Shown here: piece by piece, positions 43,892-52,546 of the stretch
Layout of the letters: every line of letters starts with the position of its first letter
Numbering within the stretch: position 1 is the stretch's first letter
Source: Limisphaerales bacterium
Lineage (GTDB): Bacteria > Verrucomicrobiota > Verrucomicrobiia > Limisphaerales > JAJOIW01
Assembly: GCA_965657355.1 (NCBI GenBank)
Contig: CBFHOE010000002.1
Span: 288,001 to 352,000 of the forward strand
DNA: 64,000 nucleotides
Direction: 5' to 3'
The notes under the pieces: model-generated
Seen by the model: the letters and a program-made list of their open reading frames with translations, nothing else
The model's database searches: none
What the model was told of the DNA's origin: nothing
Made by a program: the position numbers and the translations under genes

Positions 43892-46555
43892 TTGGTTATG
43901 GTTGCTCCTGTTTTTAATAATTCGGAACCTCTAACGGTTGATGAAATTGAAAGGCTGCCCAGATGGGCGGCGGTCGCCCTTGCGGCCAGATGTGCCATGC
44001 GCATATCTCCTATAATAGGCATTTCTGGTAAATTACACTACTGGAGGACGGAGGCTTCAGCAAATGCCACCGCCATTGAACTCGTTCCATTCCAGGTCGC
44101 ATTCTCGTCGGTTTCAGGAACGGACCAGAGCCTCCATATCGTTAAGTCCATTGTTGCGAGAGCAGGCGAAAAAGCGGAGGCAGCAAATGCCATGGCTGAA
44201 GCAGCCGCAGTGGCTGCATGTTCAAGAGCTGCAGCCGCATCGATTGCGGCAGCTGGCAAGGGCGCAGCAGTTACTAGGGCGGCGACCGCGGCAGCCGTGA
44301 GAGCCACAGATGTCAGGGCAGCAACAGCAGCAAGAGAGGGCTTGACCCAAATCCAAGGAATTGATCATAGAGCGGCAACAGCGGCGGCTAGAGCGATTCA
44401 GTCCGCTACAAAATCAGACTGCCAGCTCCTATTCAAACTTATCGGCTCAAATACAGACGATGACTGGTGCGCACCATTGGATTTCTACGAGATGCCACTT
44501 TGGCCTGAAGGCAACCTGCCGGAAGGATGGAACCAACTCCTGAGCATGTGGGAGGAGGCTCTTAGCCAGATAAATCAGCGGGAAATTTATGAAAGACATT
44601 TAGCATGGATTCAGGGCGGAGCGATCGCCTGGGATCAAATGGAAACTCGACTACAAAGTTGGGTAGAATCCCTTTCACAAACCAAAACCGAGGAACCTCA
44701 CTACAGCAAGCCAGTAGATTATGTGAACGAGAGTGATTTGGATAATGAGCCAGAACAAGCCGTTGAGCAAAAAAGTCAAACTCAATCGAAAGAGAGAGGC
44801 AGTGATCTATCCGGAAGAGCTATCGGGGAAAATCTAGATATTGCCCCATCCGAGACTCAATCCGCATCTGGCCCAGCTCTTCCCCTCTCGGATGCGGTGG
44901 CAAGTAATGACATTTTGGATCGTGAAAGTCTCATTTCATCTCTCGGAGCACTACTGGCATCACCAAGACAAAGGAGTCCATTCACGCTGGGTATTTTTGG
45001 AAATTGGGGATCAGGTAAATCTTCAGTACTCGCTCAGGTAAAACAAAGGCTTTCCCATCGGCCGTACAAAGATCAGTTTGACTTCGCGACATTCAGTCCC
45101 TGGGAGAATCGCCATAGTGACTCTATCCAAACCGAAATCGTAAAATCGATTGTTTCGGGATTAACCAACAAAGTGGATAGAAAAAGCCGACTCAAGCTGA
45201 TGTGGGATTTCATAAGGCATGAACCAAAGCAAATGGTTTACAAGGGACTCATCGCCCTCTGCTTCTATCTGGTAGCATCATTTGGATTGGGAATCGTTGC
45301 CCTTGCTCTGAACAATCCCATCGTCCACGCAGTTTATGGGGTTACTTTTCTTTCTGGGCTTGGTTTGTTTATCTGGCAACTCTGGAAACAAATACAACCG
45401 GCTTTCGAACAAGCATTACCTTTTCCAGTTTCTCTGCGCATAGATTTACCAAAAAAGGAAGCCCCTCAAACAATCTCTTCTGCTGACTGGAAACAACAAC
45501 TTAAGACGCTCTGTGAGCTGAGGCTTCGATCACAAAACCCAATGGCGCCAAGGAGGTTGGTTCTCTTGATAGACGACATTGACCGCTGCGCATCCGATGT
45601 CATCGTGGAGACATTCGACTCGATACAGCTCATCGCAGATTTACCTGGAATTATAACCATCGTGGCCACTGATGATGGGGTTGCCATGCAGGCAATTGCA
45701 GAACAGTATAGGGAGGTTGCAGATGAGACTCGATCGGCATCTGTCTTAGCAAGAAACTATCTAGGAAAACTTTTTCAAGCGTCAATCGCTCTGAACAATC
45801 CATCAAGAGCGACAATCAGAAAATTCGTGGAAACCTGGTTATTTCCTGAGGCTGGCGAGTCAAGTCATCGACAAAAACCGGAAGCCAGCGTTCAAATTCC
45901 CGAGACACAGACTCAATCTCAATCGGAATCATCATCGCCGCTTTACAATAAATTGGTTGAAGACCCGGCTCTCTCTTCAGATTCAGGTGCTATAACCATT
46001 GAGCAAGTTTTGCAGATCGATATGCGCGACACAAATAGAGATAAGTCCATGTTTATCGATTTAGCTGATTTATTCGAAATAAACAATCCAAGGCAACTCA
46101 TACGCCTTAGAAATTCTTATCGTCTCGCAAAAGCCTTTAACCGAATAAGAAGGTATGATGAAAATCTCACTGAATTTGGCTTGAGTAAAATCATGACTTT
46201 GATGTTTTGGGAGGAATATCTCAGAACCCAAACGACTGAAACCAGAGAGTTTGCCCAGGTTGCCATCCACTCTAATGACCAGATCGATAAGGCCTCATTC
46301 GCAATCGCAACAATTGACGGCATAAATAGAATACGGGACGTATTCGATTTGTCATCGGACGATGAGTCCATGACAAAAGTCACCGAATACAACAAATTGA
46401 ATGAATTTGTGAATCAATTCCTCCTCCCATACACCCTGTCTCCAGAAACAACAAAAACAGAATCAGAGTCTCAACCCAATAATGATTCGAAAGCTAATGA
46501 ATCTGAAGAAATGAACGAGGAAATGGAAGATTCCGTCAGACTCATGAAGCGATAA
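43892..46555 (+). CDS. KAP family P-loop NTPase with Ala-rich N-terminal domain
   Basis: Walker A GIFGNWGSGKSS, FSPW, two TM helices inserted after Walker A, Walker B LVLLIDDIDRC, YLGKLFQ, NPRQLIRLRNSY. Confidence 0.88.
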   Translation: MVMVAPVFNNSEPLTVDEIERLPRWAAVALAARCAMRISPIIGISGKLHYWRTEASANATAIELVPFQVAFSSVSGTDQSLHIVKSIVARAGEKAEAANAMAEAAAVAACSRAAAASIAAAGKGAAVTRAATAAAVRATDVRAATAAREGLTQIQGIDHRAATAAARAIQSATKSDCQLLFKLIGSNTDDDWCAPLDFYEMPLWPEGNLPEGWNQLLSMWEEALSQINQREIYERHLAWIQGGAIAWDQMETRLQSWVESLSQTKTEEPHYSKPVDYVNESDLDNEPEQAVEQKSQTQSKERGSDLSGRAIGENLDIAPSETQSASGPALPLSDAVASNDILDRESLISSLGALLASPRQRSPFTLGIFGNWGSGKSSVLAQVKQRLSHRPYKDQFDFATFSPWENRHSDSIQTEIVKSIVSGLTNKVDRKSRLKLMWDFIRHEPKQMVYKGLIALCFYLVASFGLGIVALALNNPIVHAVYGVTFLSGLGLFIWQLWKQIQPAFEQALPFPVSLRIDLPKKEAPQTISSADWKQQLKTLCELRLRSQNPMAPRRLVLLIDDIDRCASDVIVETFDSIQLIADLPGIITIVATDDGVAMQAIAEQYREVADETRSASVLARNYLGKLFQASIALNNPSRATIRKFVETWLFPEAGESSHRQKPEASVQIPETQTQSQSESSSPLYNKLVEDPALSSDSGAITIEQVLQIDMRDTNRDKSMFIDLADLFEINNPRQLIRLRNSYRLAKAFNRIRRYDENLTEFGLSKIMTLMFWEEYLRTQTTETREFAQVAIHSNDQIDKASFAIATIDGINRIRDVFDLSSDDESMTKVTEYNKLNEFVNQFLLPYTLSPETTKTESESQPNNDSKANESEEMNEEMEDSVRLMKR

Positions 46556-46603
46556 TATTTCCAATTTCAACAAAGGGAGAATTACCAGCTCACCTGAAAT
46601 ACT

Positions 46604-46638
46604 TCAAAGCCGGCATTTGCCGGCTTTGATTTTTTTTT
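46604..46638 (+). terminator. Strong intrinsic terminator after the KAP NTPase gene
   Basis: TCAAAGCCGGCA/TGCCGGCTTTGA inverted repeat followed by T9. Confidence 0.9.
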
Positions 46639-46703
46639 AAGCTATGAGATTCTTGTGACATAAGTTCAAAAAAACGACCCACTGGTCCGCAGAAGCCACG
46701 ACG

Positions 46704-49700
46704 ATGCAATCAAGCCTAAGAACTAGAGCCAAAATCATGATTTATTCAATAGCTCTATTTTGCGTAGTGCTATTTCAACTTAGAGCATTTGGTCAACCGG
46801 CTAATTTGAAAAAAAGTGTATGGAGGAAAATCGACACTGTAAATAACTCAGGAGATGAGAACATTCGATTCATAACCCCTGGTTTTAAAGACAGAGTTTG
46901 GATAACCTATAATGCTTCAGATGAGGTCTCCGGAACCGATGGATACGAGGTTGAAAATATCCCAGTAACTTCGAGCTGGAGAAGAAGATTATACGAAAGT
47001 AGAACAGGCCAGCTTTGGACTTCAAATACCAAAGAGATTCTTCTTTATAAAAACAACACTTGGGAAAGCTTCAAATTGAGTGGCTCCGAATTCGAGAAAC
47101 CGATATTGGGGATTCTTCCAACAGAGTATAATAAAGTTTTAGTTCTGCATTCAGAATCACTCATAGAAAGTGATGTGCAATCCAGCGGAATCGTATCACT
47201 TTTAGAGTCCAGAAATCAAAAACTGGGTCCCTTCTTAGACATTAGGCTAGCAAAAGATGAAGGAGCTTGGATCATTGCTCAAAACGGACTGGCTCGAGTC
47301 ATCCCTCCGCTGAGAAATCTTAAAAGAAGATTTAACCCTGAAATAATTTTGCTACCTCCTGATTCTCCATATGTCCTTGGTCGCTCATTTATGGAGATTG
47401 AACCCGGCCTTGTTTTAGTTCAAGGAATGCTAAAGCAAAATTCAAACGCTGAAACAACATCGGGTTCCAACCGATTACTTTCATGGAATGGCGAAGAATG
47501 GAAACTTGTAATGCAAGATTTCTCGGATTGGAGTCAAATTTTATCTGAAAAAGTAAGGGAACATATTTTAGATGAAAAATTTATTTCACCTGAAATTTTG
47601 GAACCGGTAAAAGTAGATAAAAATACCTCTATCCGAATTAATGATTTGGCTTTAATGCCGGACGGTTATTTTATGATCGCCACCGACATGGGCGTTTACA
47701 AGGAGTGCGCGAGCCAATGGCGCCAATACTCAGCTGAAAAAAGCTTATACATTATCAACAATAGTTCGATTGAGACAGAGGGCAATTTGATGAGCTTGAC
47801 TAGAAAGGGAGTTTCAAGCATTTCCTCCGAATCAAGAAAAAGTCAGTCCGTCGTAGAATGGCCAAAATCAAAGCGGAACGAGATTTCGGAATCAAAAATT
47901 GCCGTATGTGAATTGGCTGAAAGAAATTTTATTATCCAAATCGATGGTCAAAATTTTTTGTTCAATGCTGAGCAGGCTAAGTGGATGGAGGATCAACCAC
48001 TACGTCCTGAGGATGATGCAAAAATAGTCTATTCAACAGTTAGTAATGAAAGTGATATAAGCCTTTTACAAATTGTAACTGATGAACAATCTTCATCCTA
48101 TGCCCTATGGGGTATGGATTCTAATAAAAATCATTTTTTTCTCTCAAGCATACCCAATTATGTCGTCGGGCAATCTCAGTTAATTGACATTGCTCGAACC
48201 GACTCGAATCAAATATGGATTGCGACTTCTGCCGGTTTATATTTTTTTGATAATGAGCAATGGGAATTTTTTAGTTTCAGTGCAGATGCAATTCAAGCCT
48301 CGGTCTCGGACATCAGCATGTTGGACAGAGGCTTACCCATTTTTGCCACAGATAAAGGAATTCTTGAATTTAATGGCAATTCCTTTTCACAGGTGTTGAG
48401 GACAGACTCACCGATTAATTCCATTATTAAAACCCAAAACGGGGTTATATGGGCTTCAAGCGATGAAGAAGTTTATTGTTATATTGAGTCTACTTGGGTT
48501 CCTTTTTCCTTCTCAGAGCTATCAAAAAATTTGAAGATTAACTCCATATCCGAAGGGTCAAGAAACGGTGTTTGGTTGTCCACTGATGGTGGTATTTTTG
48601 CTTATTCTCCGTCAGCCGATTATGATGCTCCTAACACCCTTATATTAAATAAAGCCCAGGAATTTACTCCATCAAGAAGTGGAAACATTTCAATAGAAAT
48701 AGATGGGATAGATAAATGGAGGCATACATTATCGGAAAATATATTCTTTAGCTATAAGCTAGACGATAATGATTGGTCCCAGTTTCAAAAGATTAAATCT
48801 TTGACTCTCCAAAACCTTTCAAGTGGTGAGCATAAAATAATGGTAAGATCTATGGACGGGAATGGGAATATTGATTTTTCTCCAGAAATGTGGAATTTCA
48901 ATTTGAGTATCCCATGGCATTACGACTCAAGAGTATTAACGATGGTCTTGATAACAACCATAAGCCTTCTGTTTTTGTCTTGGATGGCCGTAGATCGACA
49001 TCGCAATCTTCAAAAATCATACAGAGATGTGGAAAAAATTGTGAAAGAAAGAACGCGTCAACTTGAAAAGGCCAATGAGCAGCTTCTTATGCACAAAAAA
49101 ATGAGAGCGATGGGTGCTCTTGCATCGGGTGTCGCTCACGATTTCAACTCTATACTCTCAATTGTCCAAGGCTCAGCCAATATTATCAAAATAAACATCG
49201 GAAATCCTGAGAAAATCGAAAAACGTGTCGACCGTATTGAAACAGTAGTCAAGCAAGGCACCACGCTTGTCAGAGCGATGCTTGGTTTTGCTAGAGACAA
49301 AAAAATTCAATTATCTGAAGTTAATGTATCTGAGGTTATTAATTCGACCTTGGAAATATTAAATGACAAAAAACCAGAACACGTCACAATTAACTTAAAA
49401 ATTGATGAGTCTCTTCCTATGGTGCGAGGAAATGTTGAATATTTGCAACAAATACTGGTTAATTTATTGCTTAATGCTTTTGACGCTTTGGACAATAGAG
49501 GGTTAATACTGATTGAAGCATCAACTAAAAACCCTTCATCTGAAAGCACATCTTTTAAGGCTTTAAAACCCGACCCAGATTTAGAGCACATCTTTTTAAA
49601 TATCACAGATTATGGCGCGGGAATAGAACCAAAAAATCTGGAGAGGATTTTTGAACCGTTCTTCACAACCAAGGCCCTTTCTACCAAAAAAGGTACTGGG

Positions 49701-49853
49701 CTTGGTTTATCCATGGTTTATGAATTGGCACAGCAATTGGGGCTCGGGCTGTCCGTAGGATCAATAGAAAATGATCACACCACTTTCAGCTTGTGTGCAC
49801 CAGTAATCAGCATTACTCAATCAGGTGGAAATTCTTCACCTCAAAAGGGATGA
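46704..49853 (+). CDS. Membrane sensor histidine kinase with periplasmic beta-propeller and Y_Y_Y-like domain
   Basis: Signal peptide, repeats such as IWIATSAGL and VWLSTDGG, FSYKLD..DWS..LSSGEH, TM segment, H-box GVAHDFN, N-box NLLLNAFDA, DYGAGI, IFEPFFTTK, GTGLGLS. No receiver domain. Confidence 0.92.
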   Translation: MQSSLRTRAKIMIYSIALFCVVLFQLRAFGQPANLKKSVWRKIDTVNNSGDENIRFITPGFKDRVWITYNASDEVSGTDGYEVENIPVTSSWRRRLYESRTGQLWTSNTKEILLYKNNTWESFKLSGSEFEKPILGILPTEYNKVLVLHSESLIESDVQSSGIVSLLESRNQKLGPFLDIRLAKDEGAWIIAQNGLARVIPPLRNLKRRFNPEIILLPPDSPYVLGRSFMEIEPGLVLVQGMLKQNSNAETTSGSNRLLSWNGEEWKLVMQDFSDWSQILSEKVREHILDEKFISPEILEPVKVDKNTSIRINDLALMPDGYFMIATDMGVYKECASQWRQYSAEKSLYIINNSSIETEGNLMSLTRKGVSSISSESRKSQSVVEWPKSKRNEISESKIAVCELAERNFIIQIDGQNFLFNAEQAKWMEDQPLRPEDDAKIVYSTVSNESDISLLQIVTDEQSSSYALWGMDSNKNHFFLSSIPNYVVGQSQLIDIARTDSNQIWIATSAGLYFFDNEQWEFFSFSADAIQASVSDISMLDRGLPIFATDKGILEFNGNSFSQVLRTDSPINSIIKTQNGVIWASSDEEVYCYIESTWVPFSFSELSKNLKINSISEGSRNGVWLSTDGGIFAYSPSADYDAPNTLILNKAQEFTPSRSGNISIEIDGIDKWRHTLSENIFFSYKLDDNDWSQFQKIKSLTLQNLSSGEHKIMVRSMDGNGNIDFSPEMWNFNLSIPWHYDSRVLTMVLITTISLLFLSWMAVDRHRNLQKSYRDVEKIVKERTRQLEKANEQLLMHKKMRAMGALASGVAHDFNSILSIVQGSANIIKINIGNPEKIEKRVDRIETVVKQGTTLVRAMLGFARDKKIQLSEVNVSEVINSTLEILNDKKPEHVTINLKIDESLPMVRGNVEYLQQILVNLLLNAFDALDNRGLILIEASTKNPSSESTSFKALKPDPDLEHIFLNITDYGAGIEPKNLERIFEPFFTTKALSTKKGTGLGLSMVYELAQQLGLGLSVGSIENDHTTFSLCAPVISITQSGGNSSPQKG

Positions 49854-50669
49854 AGTTCTCTTACTTAGCCAATACATATCTTCATTATTGGGCGAAGCAA
49901 TATTAAGGGGAATCAATCGGTTTACAACACGTGGGCGAGTTCGACCATCTCTCCATCTGCGAATTTCAGAGTGCCCATCGGCATACGCAATATTAGCACC
50001 ACCACTGTGGAAACTGGCCGGATAATCAATAATCTTGGTGGTAATTCTTCTTTCAGACATCTGATTTGCAAATCCCCCAGCGTTGATGCTAGAAGGATGT
50101 TCATCCATGATAACCCATAGCATGGAGGGCTGAGGATTATTCATATCCGTTGTCTTGTGGAAGAGTCGGTATTTGGATTTTGGCAACCAAAATCCTGAGG
50201 CAGATTTATCGGGATCGCCGATAGCAGTGAAAGCTTGGCTCATACCATAACTCCTTACTCGGTCATGTCTTCTGCCAGCTCTGGTTACAAAACTCCTATC
50301 AGATGGGCACTTATATAAATTTGGATTTTTTACATATCGGGCCAAAGCGGAAACTTTAGGATCCACCAGCTGCCATTTGTTAGTATTGTCCGTATTAGAT
50401 CCATTGAAGTCAAGCCACCCGGCTACCCAAGATGAGGTCTCAAATCGACTATTACCTGGATTAGGAACTATTTCATTGTTGTCACCAGCATACGTTAACC
50501 AGCCGGTTATAACTTGCCTGGCATTACTTAAACACTTGGTCTGCCTCGCCTTTTCTTTTGCTTTCGACAAACTTGGAAGAATCATTGAGGCCAGTATTGC
50601 TATGATCGCAATTACTACCAGTAACTCAATTAAAGTAAAAGCGCTCCTTTTTATAAGAGTAATTTTCAT
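49836..50669 (-). CDS. Prepilin-type N-terminal cleavage/methylation protein with H-X9-DG motif
   Basis: AFTLIELLVVIAIIAILASMILPSL, CLSN, YKCPSD, HSGGANIAYADGH. Confidence 0.92.
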   Translation of the reverse strand: MKITLIKRSAFTLIELLVVIAIIAILASMILPSLSKAKEKARQTKCLSNARQVITGWLTYAGDNNEIVPNPGNSRFETSSWVAGWLDFNGSNTDNTNKWQLVDPKVSALARYVKNPNLYKCPSDRSFVTRAGRRHDRVRSYGMSQAFTAIGDPDKSASGFWLPKSKYRLFHKTTDMNNPQPSMLWVIMDEHPSSINAGGFANQMSERRITTKIIDYPASFHSGGANIAYADGHSEIRRWRDGRTRPRVVNRLIPLNIASPNNEDMYWLSKRTSSLLR

Positions 50670-50711
50670 AAATCCTATTGTTAGCTTCTGAAAACTGGAC
50701 TAAAAAATAAA

Positions 50712-50737
50712 CAAAAAAAGACCTGGTTAGGTCTTTT
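50712..50737 (-). terminator. Intrinsic terminator after the DUF1080 gene
   Basis: AAAAGACCT-4 nt-AGGTCTTTT followed by a further T-run on the minus strand. Confidence 0.7.
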
Positions 50738-50771
50738 GGCAGTATAGAAATCATTTTTAAATTTCTTAAAA

Positions 50772-51494
50772 TTATTTTATCTCTCTGATTCTTACGTTTT
50801 TCACTTTAAGAGTCATTGGTGGGCCGGCGTGCAACTGAAGGGCCAAGATACCAGATTTGCTTCGACCTGCTGGATGCTCATCAATGGTTATTGAGGTCAC
50901 CCGCCCATTGATCATGTGGGTTAGCTGGTTGCCATTTGCTATTATAGTGTATTGATTCCAGTCATCTTTTTTTATTAGAGCCTGAATGTCCTCAGACTTG
51001 CCGAGAGAACCAATGACCTGGACTTGATGGCGACTTGGGTCTCCAGGCTTTGGAATAATTTTAGAAACGGTTCCTCTTTGAGCGAGAATCCCTCGTCCTT
51101 TTTCGTGATACATGATCCCGGAGTAAACATCATTACTGGCCATATCCGCCTGATAACCAGAGACGACCCACTTCGACACTTCCTTGCTTCTATATTGAAT
51201 CCCTGAGTTTCCTCCAATTAATTTATAATCAAGACGCAATTCGAAATCATCAACGGAGTCATTTCTGTATATGAGGAATGTATTTCCTTTTGTTGGATTT
51301 TCTTTCGTTGTGGTTCCATCAATGGCTCCGTCTTTCACGGACCAAAATTTTGGATTACCGTCCCAACCATTGAGATCTTTCCCATTAAATAGTGAAACAA
51401 ATCCCGGTTCATCTGCCGCAGGTAATGAAACCGAACAAATCACGACGAATGCAGTCAGAATCATTAGTTTCACTTTTTTAATTTTCTTATTCAT
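50772..51494 (-). CDS. Secreted DUF1080 (3-keto-disaccharide hydrolase family) protein
   Basis: Signal peptide, GFVSLFNGKDLNGW, DFELRL, GNSGIQYR, GYQAD, WNQY, GILALQLHAG, NVRIREI. Confidence 0.9.
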   Translation of the reverse strand: MNKKIKKVKLMILTAFVVICSVSLPAADEPGFVSLFNGKDLNGWDGNPKFWSVKDGAIDGTTTKENPTKGNTFLIYRNDSVDDFELRLDYKLIGGNSGIQYRSKEVSKWVVSGYQADMASNDVYSGIMYHEKGRGILAQRGTVSKIIPKPGDPSRHQVQVIGSLGKSEDIQALIKKDDWNQYTIIANGNQLTHMINGRVTSITIDEHPAGRSKSGILALQLHAGPPMTLKVKNVRIREIK

Positions 51495-51529
51495 ATCAAT
51501 TTCGATGAGTAAAATTTTAGGTTAATTTA

Positions 51530-52372
51530 TTACAGTGCCTTTTTGAGGAACTTTATTCCTTTGGTTGCAATTTCGTTTTTAGTTTTCTCCATGGACCGCC
51601 AAATTGAGGCAGCTTTTGCGATCACCTTGACATCGGTTGTGAAAGATTCTATCACGACGTCCCCTTCATACTTTGCAGCCTTGAGTGCAGCGGCGATACT
51701 TGGCCAATCAATATGGTCGTTACCAGGTGTTCCACGATCACTTCCACAGGCATGGAAATGTGCCAATTTTTTGCCAGCTTTTTTTATTGCTTTAGCTTGG
51801 TTTTTTTCCTCGATGTTCATGTGGAAAGTGTCCAAATGAAGCTTTAGAACAGGACTGTCCACATCTTTAAGCATTTTGAGGCCTTGGTCGCATGTATTTA
51901 TAAAATCGGTTTCAAATCTATTGAGAGGTTCCAGACAAATCTGCACGCCTTTTTTCTCCGCGTAGGCGCAAACTTTCTTGAGATTTCGAACGACGGCTTT
52001 CCAATGCCTTGCCTTCTCTTTTTCTGTGTAGGCATCTGCACGTCCAACAGCTGAATAAACTGGACCAATTAAGCTCGGGCATCCGAGGACAACCATTTGG
52101 TCGATGAGTGCCTTGAGGTATGTGATTCCAGTTTTCTGTTGTTCGACAGATCCTCTTAAGTCCCGATCAGGCCCCATGCAGGCACAAACGCTCCCACAAG
52201 CCAGTCCTGCTTTATCGAGCTCTGCACGAACATGCGCAGGGTCGATGTGGGATGGATCTTCGATTGGAAGCTCAACCGTCTCAAATCCCCACCGCTTGAC
52301 TTGTTTAAAAATATTAGTGCTGTCGTCAGTGAAAGGAGATACCAACAAGAATGTATTTAGTCCGAGTCTCAT
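51530..52372 (-). CDS. Ketose 3-epimerase (D-psicose/D-tagatose/L-ribulose 3-epimerase family, TIM barrel)
   Basis: EPLNRFET, DTFHMNIEE, HFHAC, DRGTPG, VIESF: the full set of metal-binding and catalytic residues. Confidence 0.85.
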   Translation of the reverse strand: MRLGLNTFLLVSPFTDDSTNIFKQVKRWGFETVELPIEDPSHIDPAHVRAELDKAGLACGSVCACMGPDRDLRGSVEQQKTGITYLKALIDQMVVLGCPSLIGPVYSAVGRADAYTEKEKARHWKAVVRNLKKVCAYAEKKGVQICLEPLNRFETDFINTCDQGLKMLKDVDSPVLKLHLDTFHMNIEEKNQAKAIKKAGKKLAHFHACGSDRGTPGNDHIDWPSIAAALKAAKYEGDVVIESFTTDVKVIAKAASIWRSMEKTKNEIATKGIKFLKKAL

Positions 52373-52546
52373 AATGTTTGTGATTGATATAAAATTATAG
52401 ACTTATTTGGTTGTGGTCAAAGTCTTTCCAATGTGATCCATGATTAAAAAAAGTAATGAGGCTTTTGATAAATAAAATGAAATCGACACTGCATGCGTTC
52501 GAGTCGTAATCTCGTGAGGTCCAGATTAATATGAATCACTTGAGAA

